Shown: positions 47,339 through 55,929 of the stretch, in pieces
Position numbering within the stretch: the stretch's first letter is position 1
Layout of the letters: each line of letters opens with the position of its first letter
Made by a program: the position numbers and the translations under genes
Source of the DNA: a virus
Virus record (IMG/VR): IMGVR_UViG_3300013126_000023
Coordinates: 6,862-70,861 of that record
Length of the DNA: 64,000 bases
Strand: one strand, 5' to 3'
Notes under the pieces: generated by a model
Seen by the model: only the letters and a program-made list of their open reading frames with translations
Database searches by the model: none
What the model was told of the DNA's origin: nothing

Positions 47339-48877
47339 ATGCGTGCAGTAAAAACTGCTTTGAGTTTATTCCTTGTTATGTTTCTAAGTACCGTTTTCGC
47401 TCAAAACACTAGTACTCAAAGTACAACCAACGGTGTAACTACCAATACCATCAATCCACTTAACCAGGGCGGTTATGACTCTAAAAGTTTGGTGGACACA
47501 AATTCCACATCTAATAGTACAAGCTCGGTTACAACCAACAACGTTTCTACTAGCACTAGCAATAATGTTAATACTAGTACTGTAAACAGCAATTCAACCA
47601 ACACTAATAATAACGTTAATACAAGTACAAGTACTTCTACCAACGTAAACACTAATAATAATGTTCAAAGTGGTACTGTGACCAATAACAATAATAACGT
47701 TATGAGTGGTACAGTAACATACAATAATAATAACGTAAACACAGGTACCCAAACCTTTAACAATAATAATGTAAGTACTTCTACAGCTACCAATAATAAC
47801 AATAATGTAAGTACTAGCACAAGTGCTTCTACCAATGTGAATACAAATAATAATATTAATACCGGTACTATGACGTATAACAATAATAATGCTTCGACTA
47901 GTACTAATGTGAATACAAATAATAACATTAATTCTGGTACTCAAACATTCAACAACAACAATGCAAGTACCAGCACTAGTACCAATACTAATACCAATAA
48001 TTCAACCAGCGTAAATACAAATAACAATATCAACACTGGTACTATGACTTATAATAACAACAATGCGTCAACAAGTACCAATACAAATGTGAACACTAAC
48101 AATAATATTAATACTGGCACAATGACGTATAATAACAACAATGCGTCAACTAGCAATAGTACAAGCACTAACTTAAATACAAATAATAATATCAATACTA
48201 ATTCAAGTACCAGTATGAATCAAAATATGAATTACAATGTTAGTGTTACTGACAATAAAAATACTAATGTTAGCAATAGCACATCAAATAATACCAACAT
48301 GAATATTCAAACTGGTGATATGACTAATAGAAATATTAATACGACTACAGCAACAACTAATAATGTTAACGTAAATCAAAGTTCAAGTTATAGTAACAGC
48401 AATAGTAATAGTACACAAGTTGTTAACACAGATAACTTAAATAAAAATATTAATGAAACCACAATTACGCAACGTGTCATTCAGCCTCCTCCAACTGCTA
48501 TTGCTCCTGCAATGATGTCTGGCGGCGGGAATGACTTGTGTTCAACGGGACAATCTGGTGCAGTACAGACTCAGATGTTTGGCATGGCATTAGGTAGCAC
48601 ACAAAGAGATTTAAATTGTGAACGCTTAAAATTATCCAAGACTCTTTTCGATATGGGTATGAAGGTTGCGGCAGTTGCTACCATGTGTCAAGATAGAAGA
48701 GTCTGGGAATCAATGATGGCTGCTGGCACTCCTTGCCCATATGAAGGTAACATTGGAGACAAGGCAAGAGAACTTTGGGCAGCAAATCCACATAAGATTC
48801 CAAAATACGATTATGTGACAGCATCAGAAGTTGACAAGAAAGAAACTCCTAAATTTCATACTAGCAGCTTTAGATGA
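47339..48877 (+). CDS. Secreted Asn/Thr/Ser-repeat protein with Cys-containing C-terminal domain
   Basis: Signal peptide ending VFA-Q; repeats such as NNNNASTSTNVNTNNNINTGTMTY; C-terminal PPPTAIAP...DLC...CERLKL...MCQD...GTPCP. Confidence 0.8.
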   Translation: MRAVKTALSLFLVMFLSTVFAQNTSTQSTTNGVTTNTINPLNQGGYDSKSLVDTNSTSNSTSSVTTNNVSTSTSNNVNTSTVNSNSTNTNNNVNTSTSTSTNVNTNNNVQSGTVTNNNNNVMSGTVTYNNNNVNTGTQTFNNNNVSTSTATNNNNNVSTSTSASTNVNTNNNINTGTMTYNNNNASTSTNVNTNNNINSGTQTFNNNNASTSTSTNTNTNNSTSVNTNNNINTGTMTYNNNNASTSTNTNVNTNNNINTGTMTYNNNNASTSNSTSTNLNTNNNINTNSSTSMNQNMNYNVSVTDNKNTNVSNSTSNNTNMNIQTGDMTNRNINTTTATTNNVNVNQSSSYSNSNSNSTQVVNTDNLNKNINETTITQRVIQPPPTAIAPAMMSGGGNDLCSTGQSGAVQTQMFGMALGSTQRDLNCERLKLSKTLFDMGMKVAAVATMCQDRRVWESMMAAGTPCPYEGNIGDKARELWAANPHKIPKYDYVTASEVDKKETPKFHTSSFR

Positions 48878-51327
48878 ACGAAGAATTTAATCATAAGCAT
48901 TATAATTATAAATGGACAAAGGGCTTTTTGCTAGCCCTTTGTATTACTTTACTTTTGTTGTCGGGTGCAGTGCTGGCTCAAAATTCTCCCAATACACCAA
49001 GTGGATATAGTATAGATTCTACTACAGGAAATCTAATACAAAATCCCACCATGACATCTGGTACTGGCTGGACAACATCTGGTATGACTGGTTCATATAC
49101 ACCTGACGGTTATATTTTTAGTTATTCATCTGGCACTATAGAACAAAATGTAAATTTTAATGCAATAAATTTTGGTTATTTAACTAACAATGCCGTATAT
49201 GCAACTGGTATAATGTATGGATTTAAGTATAGATTTCAGTGTGCAAATCAAATAGGCGCTACTTGTGAAACAGGTACACTACAGGATACATTGAATGCTA
49301 CATTTACATACACTGCACCCAATGGAACCATAGAAACAACAAGTTCATACGGACTTGGATTAAAAAATATTAATGATGGTAATCCTGCATATAATCCTGT
49401 ATGGCAACAGTTAGCAGAAACATATACATTTACTGGCCCTAAGAATATGGCATCTGTAGGTTCAGCTAGATTAAGTATAACTGGTATGGATGCAGGGTTC
49501 TGGGCATGTAATCCTGACTGTTACGGTCCTCAGATTAAAGATGCATACATGAGATTAAACTATAGTGTTGATCCTTGCATTTTAAATCCTGCATTCAATT
49601 CTAACTGTCCTGGTTTTCAAAACGTATTGCAGGGATCTAAAAGTCCAACATTTTATTATAGCTATAACATTGCACAATCTTTACCACACATAGGTGGCGG
49701 TGTTGTACTTCATGGTTATGATTATGGGTTTAATTGGTATAACTATGGTGCTTGTTATAACACTTTTCTTTTCTGGTGTACAGATTGGAGAACAGATGGC
49801 GGCGGCAATATCAACTTTAGAATAAGTGATAAGAATAATACTACTATGCTTCAGAATCAGTGGTATGTTGGCGGTAATAATTCTGGCGGTAGTTACAGCA
49901 ATAGATTTTTATTTACAGAATCACGCAACAGTTTAGATATGGGATCAGTACAATGGTGGGCAAGTGATGTATGGAATCACTTTGGTTGGGTAGGTTGGAC
50001 TAGACCTATATGGACACCTGATCCTTGTTACACAAATGGATTATACAGTCCAAACTGTAGTAACTTTAAAGATACATTGAATCAAGTATTAGCAGACGTT
50101 AAAGCACAACAAGAAAAAATTGCTGCTTTATCACCAAATATATCTAGTACAAGCTCAACACCAAGTGGTTCAATTACTGTTACGATATCTGATGCTACTA
50201 CAACTAGCCCATCAGTAACAGTTAATACTACAATGGATCAGAATAGTTTTGTTTCAACAAATAGAAACATTGCTATTTCAGCCAATCAAAATCCCCAAGA
50301 CCTAGCTGCTTCTGTCATAGGTCGTAATGCTGCTAATAATGCTAGAGTAAATGCCATAGCACAAAGAGCAATGGCAGATGCAAATAATATAGCGAGTGCA
50401 TCTACTAGAGAAGCAGAACAAATTGCTGATAATCTAACTAATTCAAGTATCGTATCAAGTATGGATGCTTTAAAAGAAACAGATCAGGCATCTAGTACAA
50501 TAACTATAGGCAGAGTATCACAAACTAATATTACTAGCACTGTACAACATATTGCACAAGCAGCACCACAAGTAACACCGCAACAAAAACAAGAACAAGT
50601 GCAACAAGCAACTTCTGTGACAGCCATAACTATAGAATCGGCGGCACAATTGCTTATGCCTAATGCAGCATTTAGATCTATGGAAATCTCAGTATCTATT
50701 CCAAGTTTACCCCCTGTGAATAATACTGCAAGACTACAGGAAGAAAAACAAGAATTAATTTTTAAAGAACAAGAGCAAACACAAGTTACTAGTATTCAAC
50801 CAATTCCAAGTCCAGACCAAAATGTTTTTGTATCTCCCATCAATGTAACAAGTATACCATTACAAGCTTCTCAATCAAATATGGAAGTATTATCGCAACC
50901 ATCAAGTCAAACGCTTGATACAAATATTCAACAAATAGTAGTACAAGAACCTAGAAGAGAAATAGTAACAGAAGTAGAACAACCTCAGCAGGCTAGAAAT
51001 TTTACTACTGATAAAACTAATCCTATTAATGACATTATAGAGAATAGAACACAAGTAGTAGAGCAACGAACCGAGCAACCTTTATTATCATCAGTTAATC
51101 GTAATGCACAGAATAACGAAGTAGCTGGTGGTGTTGACATTAATAATTTAGCAGTGCTTCCAGTAGGATTTAGTGCCTACAATATTGCATTAAAGGATGT
51201 GGCATTTTATGCGCCAAAGGAAATTTATCGTAATCAAAAGACCGTAGACAATGTTAGAGCATTAAGATCGTTGGCAAGTGATAGACTTCACCAAGAGATG
51301 GTGGATCAACAATACTTACCGAGGTAA
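48874..51327 (+). CDS. Secreted protein with two Cys-containing beta domains and a Q/S/T-rich stalk
   Basis: Signal peptide ending VLA-Q; repeated DPC..N...S.NC motif; ATGA-coupled to the upstream gene. Confidence 0.75.
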   Translation: MNEEFNHKHYNYKWTKGFLLALCITLLLLSGAVLAQNSPNTPSGYSIDSTTGNLIQNPTMTSGTGWTTSGMTGSYTPDGYIFSYSSGTIEQNVNFNAINFGYLTNNAVYATGIMYGFKYRFQCANQIGATCETGTLQDTLNATFTYTAPNGTIETTSSYGLGLKNINDGNPAYNPVWQQLAETYTFTGPKNMASVGSARLSITGMDAGFWACNPDCYGPQIKDAYMRLNYSVDPCILNPAFNSNCPGFQNVLQGSKSPTFYYSYNIAQSLPHIGGGVVLHGYDYGFNWYNYGACYNTFLFWCTDWRTDGGGNINFRISDKNNTTMLQNQWYVGGNNSGGSYSNRFLFTESRNSLDMGSVQWWASDVWNHFGWVGWTRPIWTPDPCYTNGLYSPNCSNFKDTLNQVLADVKAQQEKIAALSPNISSTSSTPSGSITVTISDATTTSPSVTVNTTMDQNSFVSTNRNIAISANQNPQDLAASVIGRNAANNARVNAIAQRAMADANNIASASTREAEQIADNLTNSSIVSSMDALKETDQASSTITIGRVSQTNITSTVQHIAQAAPQVTPQQKQEQVQQATSVTAITIESAAQLLMPNAAFRSMEISVSIPSLPPVNNTARLQEEKQELIFKEQEQTQVTSIQPIPSPDQNVFVSPINVTSIPLQASQSNMEVLSQPSSQTLDTNIQQIVVQEPRREIVTEVEQPQQARNFTTDKTNPINDIIENRTQVVEQRTEQPLLSSVNRNAQNNEVAGGVDINNLAVLPVGFSAYNIALKDVAFYAPKEIYRNQKTVDNVRALRSLASDRLHQEMVDQQYLPR

Positions 51328-51329
51328 AA

Positions 51330-51983
51330 ATGTCCGAAGAAAAAGTAGATGTAAATAAAAAAATTGACGATGCCGAAGCGGCAATGAAAAAGTATGCTAG
51401 TAAAGATACTGTAATCAGCATCGGAGGTTATGAGTTTACACCCGCAAAGTTAATGGTAGCAGCTACACTAGTTAGTTCTGCATTAGGTGGATTATACGGT
51501 GTGTTTGAAGTATATAAAGATTATATGGGTATGAAGAAAAAAATTGCTGAGTATGTAGCACCAGATTTTTCAGAATTTGATAAGCGTCTAGCTGTAATAG
51601 AAGAAAATGCCAGCAAAACCGCTAAGGCAGTTCAAGAAGGATCTGATAAAACTGCAGAATATACTCGCGATATTAAAAATGATCTAAAGAACGATATTCG
51701 TCGTCTAGAGAAAACAGTTGAGGATGTAGAGCGCGGTAATAAGACTCAGCAACGTGAAATAGATCGTACAGTAGCAGAAGTAAAGACAGATGTTCGCAAT
51801 ATTCAAAAGCAAGCGGACGCTTCGATTAATGCTGCAACCAAAGAAATTAATCGTATGTCAGCAGAAAATTCAAAAGCAATTGCTGCTAACAATAAAGAGG
51901 TTGATGCTAAGTTAAAAGCATTAGACAAAAAGATCAATGAAGATTTAAAGAAAGCACTCGATAACCCATTGGCTAATAGGTGA
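51330..51983 (+). CDS. Single-TM protein with long coiled coil
   Basis: LMVAATLVSSALGGLYGVF TM segment followed by about 140 aa of heptad-like sequence. Confidence 0.75.
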   Translation: MSEEKVDVNKKIDDAEAAMKKYASKDTVISIGGYEFTPAKLMVAATLVSSALGGLYGVFEVYKDYMGMKKKIAEYVAPDFSEFDKRLAVIEENASKTAKAVQEGSDKTAEYTRDIKNDLKNDIRRLEKTVEDVERGNKTQQREIDRTVAEVKTDVRNIQKQADASINAATKEINRMSAENSKAIAANNKEVDAKLKALDKKINEDLKKALDNPLANR

Positions 51984-51986
51984 TAA

Positions 51987-52160
51987 ATGGAAACACTAGC
52001 AGATGCTTTAGGTAAGTTATGGTTCTTAGGAGCAGGCGTTGTTGCAATAGCAGCATACGCTGTCACATTGAAAACTAGATTAGATTATTTGGAAAAGAAC
52101 TATGACAAACAAATTACTGCACTATGGGATGCAGTAAACAAATTAAATAGAGACAAATAA
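51987..52160 (+). CDS. Small single-TM coiled-coil protein (57 aa)
   Basis: METLADALGKLWFLGAGVVAIAAYAVTLKTRLDYLEK...; below the ORF-track size cutoff. Confidence 0.7.
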   Translation: METLADALGKLWFLGAGVVAIAAYAVTLKTRLDYLEKNYDKQITALWDAVNKLNRDK

Positions 52161-53399
52161 TTATAATTTCATTCGATTGTCGTCTATAAATTTAATTTGA
52201 TCCACTAATGCATCTGCATCTGTTTTATAGTTATTGAAGTCTGCTTTACTTAGAGTCTTGTTAAGATCTTCTAACATCTTTTGTGCTTGGTGGTTGTGTT
52301 CTGCTCTAGCTGCATACAACCATCTAAAAGCATTTTTCTTATCATTTAACTTTAAATAAAATTCACCTAATTTAAGCATAGCGGAAACATTACGTTTCAT
52401 TGCTACTTCTTTAAGATCATCTAATATAGCATTCATTTCTGATTGACTACTTGTAGGATCATCAAATACCATAACTGCATATCTTTGCTGGGCCTTTTCG
52501 TCAATCTTACCAGCAGTCTTGACAAATTGAAAAGCTGAAGATTTATACCCAAATTTTTCTAATAGATCTGCTATTTGTAATAGTCTATCACTATCAAGTT
52601 TATAACAAAACTCTTTGAATATAGCATCAGCATAAGGTTTGAATTCATTGGGTATCAAGTCTTTCATGCCCATACTTACTAGTTCATCCAATGCTGCTTT
52701 GTCCTGTTTAGTAATTCTCCACATCAATATTCTTACTGCAGGTCCTAACTTATCATCTCGTTTAAAATTTTGAGCATCCGCCAATGATCTGTTTCTTGCA
52801 GCTGCATCATTGACAATAGCTGCTACTAGTTCTTTATGTGATTTAGTAGGAGCAGTTTGTGAGGATGTTTTAGGTGCCTTTGCAAGGTGCGGATTTGGTT
52901 CCGCTCCATCTATAACCACACTCCAAATTTCCATTGGAGAAACATTCTTAAATTCTTGTATGCCTCTACTAACAAATTTTAAATCTTTCAATTTACCAGC
53001 AACTAATTTATACACAGTGTCAGTCATAGTTACGCCACAATAGTCAGCAAGACTTTCTGTTCTAGCTGCTAAATTAACAGCATCTCCCATAAGATTACTG
53101 CCATATATCCATACTTCACCCATATGCATTCCTATACGCCAACGCATACCATTTTTTAATTTTTTTATTCTAGCTTGCATTTCTATGGCAAATTTAACAG
53201 CATCAACAGCACTGGAAAATTCAACCAATATGCTATCGCCCCCAGTATTAAACAAACGTCCTTTACTAGAATCTATTAATGGATCGATAACGGCGCGGCA
53301 GGCATCTAGTTTTAGTAGGGTGCCTTCTTCGTCCTGTTGCATTGATGCGCTATAACCAATAACGTCACTGCAAATAATAGTAGCTAATTTAGTTTCCAT
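52161..53399 (-). CDS. Class III nucleotide (adenylate/guanylate-type) cyclase with C-terminal TPR/Sel1-like helices
   Basis: SDVIGYS, GGDS, RIGMH.GEV, GDAVNLAAR.ES, FKN; C-terminal AMLKLGEFY...AFRWLY.A. Confidence 0.88.
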   Translation of the reverse strand: METKLATIICSDVIGYSASMQQDEEGTLLKLDACRAVIDPLIDSSKGRLFNTGGDSILVEFSSAVDAVKFAIEMQARIKKLKNGMRWRIGMHMGEVWIYGSNLMGDAVNLAARTESLADYCGVTMTDTVYKLVAGKLKDLKFVSRGIQEFKNVSPMEIWSVVIDGAEPNPHLAKAPKTSSQTAPTKSHKELVAAIVNDAAARNRSLADAQNFKRDDKLGPAVRILMWRITKQDKAALDELVSMGMKDLIPNEFKPYADAIFKEFCYKLDSDRLLQIADLLEKFGYKSSAFQFVKTAGKIDEKAQQRYAVMVFDDPTSSQSEMNAILDDLKEVAMKRNVSAMLKLGEFYLKLNDKKNAFRWLYAARAEHNHQAQKMLEDLNKTLSKADFNNYKTDADALVDQIKFIDDNRMKL

Positions 53400-53405
53400 A
53401 AATAA

Positions 53406-53413
53406 TATTTATA
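53406..53413 (-). promoter_or_regulatory. T4-type late promoter, probable leaderless transcript
   Basis: TATAAATA ends 6 nt before the cyclase ATG; no Shine-Dalgarno sequence. Confidence 0.55.
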
Positions 53414-53434
53414 ATAATAACTAGGGAGTTAAAA

Positions 53435-53968
53435 ATGAGTGAAGTTAAACAAGAAGTTAAACCTTTATCAAGAAGTGAGCGTGAAGCCAAAATAAAAGAT
53501 AAGGCTGGGTTTATAATTGTATTTTTAGCAGCAGTTTTAGCAATAAACACTATGCTTGGCGGCAGTAATAGTAGCAAGATACAGAACAATACTATTCAAG
53601 CAAATAATATGTGGGCTTGGTACCAAGCCAAAAATGTACGAGGCGTTCTGTATGAGATTAGTGCCGCTGAAGCCAACAAACCAGAAAATGCTGAAAAATT
53701 TCTTGCCGAAGCTAAACGTATGAGTGATGACAAGAAAGAAATCATGGAGAAGGCAAAAGTCTTAGAAGCAGAAAGAGATGCTGCTAAATTAAAGTCTCCT
53801 TGGTTTACCTGGGGCGGTAGTGTTTTACAAATAGCAATCGTTCTTTTAACTGCTAGTATTCTTGCAGTAAGTATGCCAATGTTTTACATTAGCACAATAG
53901 TTGGAGCCGTAGGTTCTTTTCTAGTTAGCCAAGCAATATGGATGTGGATCCCATGGTTAAGTGTTTAA
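53435..53968 (+). CDS. DUF4337-like membrane protein
   Basis: TM, then ANNMWAWYQAKNVR, coiled coil, LQIAIVL..ASIL and two TMs; GGAG RBS. Confidence 0.75.
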   Translation: MSEVKQEVKPLSRSEREAKIKDKAGFIIVFLAAVLAINTMLGGSNSSKIQNNTIQANNMWAWYQAKNVRGVLYEISAAEANKPENAEKFLAEAKRMSDDKKEIMEKAKVLEAERDAAKLKSPWFTWGGSVLQIAIVLLTASILAVSMPMFYISTIVGAVGSFLVSQAIWMWIPWLSV

Positions 53969-54141
53969 TAGGATTAAGTTTTTTACTTATTGCTGGGTGT
54001 GGAGATTTTTACAGATACCCGTGTCAAAATCCAGATAATTGGGAAAAAGATATTTGTAAAAAACCCTATTGCGAAATAAATCGTTCATGTCCAGAACATA
54101 TCTTTAAGGAAGATTTAAAAGATAAGGAATGTAAAAAATGA
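53953..54141 (+). CDS. Small Cys-rich lipoprotein
   Basis: MVKCLIGLSFLLIAG-C lipobox, then YRYPCQNP.NW...CKKP.C...R.CP. Confidence 0.7.
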   Translation: MVKCLIGLSFLLIAGCGDFYRYPCQNPDNWEKDICKKPYCEINRSCPEHIFKEDLKDKECKK

Positions 54142-54530
54142 AGGAAATGTTTGATAAACTTATAGGACAGGAAGGAGATAAACCTTCAGCGTCCGATAAA
54201 TCCGAAAAACGTAGTAAACCAGGTGAAAGATATACAGAAAATGAGCTCATGGTTCGACTTAAGTTTATTATTGGTTGCTGCTTGGCTTTCACTCTTATTG
54301 GAATTGTATTTACCGTTCTTTATTCTATTATGTTTGTTACCCAACCTCTTAATGCAATCAGTCCGATCGATCAGAAATTTTTTGAATTGATTATACCTGT
54401 TGCCACATTTCTTTGTGGTACATTATCGGGTATTATGTTAGCAGGTACAGGGAAGGAAGCGGCGATGGCTGGTGCAGCAGCTCAAAGGCAGGCTGACAAA
54501 GAAAAGAAAGATGAAACTAAATCGTCTTGA
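54138..54530 (+). CDS. Two-TM membrane protein
   Basis: Two hydrophobic segments flanking QPLNAISPIDQKFFE; ATGA-coupled to the lipoprotein gene. Confidence 0.75.
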   Translation: MKEMFDKLIGQEGDKPSASDKSEKRSKPGERYTENELMVRLKFIIGCCLAFTLIGIVFTVLYSIMFVTQPLNAISPIDQKFFELIIPVATFLCGTLSGIMLAGTGKEAAMAGAAAQRQADKEKKDETKSS

Positions 54531-54604
54531 TTGGTTGTTAGATGTATGGGTCGCGTATAGTCTAATATGGATATACGCACCATATATTATGATGCCGAAA
54601 GAAG

Positions 54605-54679
54605 TGGAAGCGGGGGTTGGAATCGCACCAACGTCCTCTGGATTATGAGTCCAGCGTTCTACTTCTGAACTACCCCGCA
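54605..54679 (-). tRNA. tRNA-Met(CAT), initiator-like but atypical
   Basis: TGCGGGG...CTGGA-CTCATAA-TCCAG...GTTGG-TGCGATT-CCAAC-CCCCGCT-T-CCA; 1:72 mismatch; CCA encoded. Confidence 0.85.
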
Positions 54680-54697
54680 TTTGATCTATTATTTATA

Positions 54698-54776
<79 letters not shown>

Positions 54777-54779
54777 ATC

Positions 54780-54870
54780 TGGTGCCCAAGGCCGGAATCG
54801 AACCGGCACGCCCCTTTCGGAAAGCGAGAGATTTTAAGTCTCTTGTGTCTACCTGTTTCACCACTCGGGC
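54780..54870 (-). tRNA. tRNA-Leu(TAA)
   Basis: GCCCGAGTGGTGAAA..GGTAGACAC-AAGAGA-CTTAAAA-TCTCT, long variable arm, GGTTCGATTCC, ACCA. Confidence 0.93.
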
Positions 54871-54878
54871 TAATTATT

Positions 54879-54907
54879 ATTATATAATACTCAGGTGATA
54901 ATGTCAA
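54879..54907 (-). promoter_or_regulatory. sigma70-type promoter of the tRNA cluster
   Basis: TTGACA-N17-TATAAT directly upstream of tRNA-Leu. Confidence 0.85.
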
Positions 54908-54924
54908 GAGTAAAGTTAATCAAA

Positions 54925-55047
54925 TTACTTACCCTGCCCTCTGTATTTTTTATGACTACGTTTAACATACTTATTCATAGTAGCAGTTTTTGAACCATTT
55001 TGTTTAGTTCTTTTTTCTATACTTTTGTGCTTTTTTTCTACAGACAT
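54925..55047 (-). CDS. Small basic protein (40 aa)
   Basis: MSVEKKHK...TMNKYVKRSHKKYRGQGK; GGAG RBS; below the ORF-track size cutoff. Confidence 0.7.
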   Translation of the reverse strand: MSVEKKHKSIEKRTKQNGSKTATMNKYVKRSHKKYRGQGK

Positions 55048-55048
55048 A

Positions 55049-55327
55049 TCAATTCTCCACTTGTGGGTCTACGCCTTGATTCTTAGTTCCTCTTTTATAA
55101 GATTCACTAGTTAAATTTTTATCATGATTAGTAATAGTTTTTCTATTACATTCAGTGCATAACGAGTAATAAAATTTATGTTTTACCGGGCCACCTACCC
55201 ATTTATAATTTGTCTCTATAACTTCAAATAATTGATTTAATTTATCAACACATTGTAAAGGGTCGCAAGTAACTAAACCCGTTTTTGGATCAATGTGAAT
55301 AACTGGACCATGTTTAATTTTTTTCAT
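55049..55327 (-). CDS. Hypothetical protein, possible Zn ribbon
   Basis: CDPLQC...CTEC. Confidence 0.6.
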   Translation of the reverse strand: MKKIKHGPVIHIDPKTGLVTCDPLQCVDKLNQLFEVIETNYKWVGGPVKHKFYYSLCTECNRKTITNHDKNLTSESYKRGTKNQGVDPQVEN

Positions 55328-55328
55328 A

Positions 55329-55637
55329 TCACATATTTTTTATTACTTTAGTATCTTGAATAGTTATGTTCTCATTGAAAACCATATTGTATTGATTTTC
55401 CAATTCAAGTGCAGGGTCTGCCATCCAAACAATTTTATCTAGTTCTACTCCTACGGTATGACCTTTGGTATATCCTGCATATGGTATCAGTCCCATAGCA
55501 TGTTTTTCAATTGTAGATTGCGAAGGTATAATTGCTATAGCGCAAGGCTTCACAACCATCATTCTATTTTCTTCTCTATAAACTTGTCCAATAATTTCTT
55601 CAGCTGTCACTAATTTTATAAGTTTAATCATGGTCAC
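55329..55637 (-). CDS. Conserved T4-like small protein, possibly Sm-like fold
   Basis: IKLIKLVTAEEIIG...P...GLIPY...L.NQY; usual neighbour of hsp20 in T4-like aquatic phages. Confidence 0.6.
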   Translation of the reverse strand: MTMIKLIKLVTAEEIIGQVYREENRMMVVKPCAIAIIPSQSTIEKHAMGLIPYAGYTKGHTVGVELDKIVWMADPALELENQYNMVFNENITIQDTKVIKNM

Positions 55638-55644
55638 CTCAATG

Positions 55645-55665
55645 AAAAGGGGGATTTCTCCCCCT
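55645..55665 (-). terminator. Rho-independent terminator
   Basis: AGGGGGA-GAAA-TCCCCCT followed by TTT. Confidence 0.7.
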
Positions 55666-55669
55666 ATTA

Positions 55670-55774
55670 CTACTTACGATTTTTGACGTATTCTTGAACT
55701 TGTTTTTCAATTCTCATACGCCTTCCTTCACCTATACTTTCTAAACATTTCCAAATCGTTTTTAGTATTTTCAT
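55670..55774 (-). CDS. Hypothetical 34-aa peptide
   Basis: MKILKTIWKCLESIGEGRRMR...; ATGA-coupled to the upstream ORF. Confidence 0.5.
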   Translation of the reverse strand: MKILKTIWKCLESIGEGRRMRIEKQVQEYVKNRK

Positions 55775-55929
55775 AAAAGCCCCTTACGTTTAAGACATTT
55801 CTCTCTGTAATCGAAGTCGGCACGGTCTATGCTTTTAGATAGGTAAACTTCAGCATAGTTAGGCAATTTAAAAATATTACTAATAAGCCTGATTATCCGT
55901 GCATAAAATGCACGGATTTTAAGCGGCAT
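55771..55929 (-). CDS. Small protein, possibly DUF3563-like
   Basis: MPLKIRAF...EVYLSKSIDRADFDYREKCLKRKGLL. Confidence 0.45.
   Translation of the reverse strand: MPLKIRAFYARIIRLISNIFKLPNYAEVYLSKSIDRADFDYREKCLKRKGLL

Noticed and set aside
47594-47944. Hydrophobic minus-strand ORFs opposite the Asn-rich gene
   Set aside because: Antisense shadows of AAT/AAC/ACT repeats.
54511-54648. 45-aa + strand ORF (MKLNRLDWLLDVW...) running antisense into tRNA-Met
   Set aside because: It may be real, but its last third is tRNA antisense and there is no other support, so it was not called.
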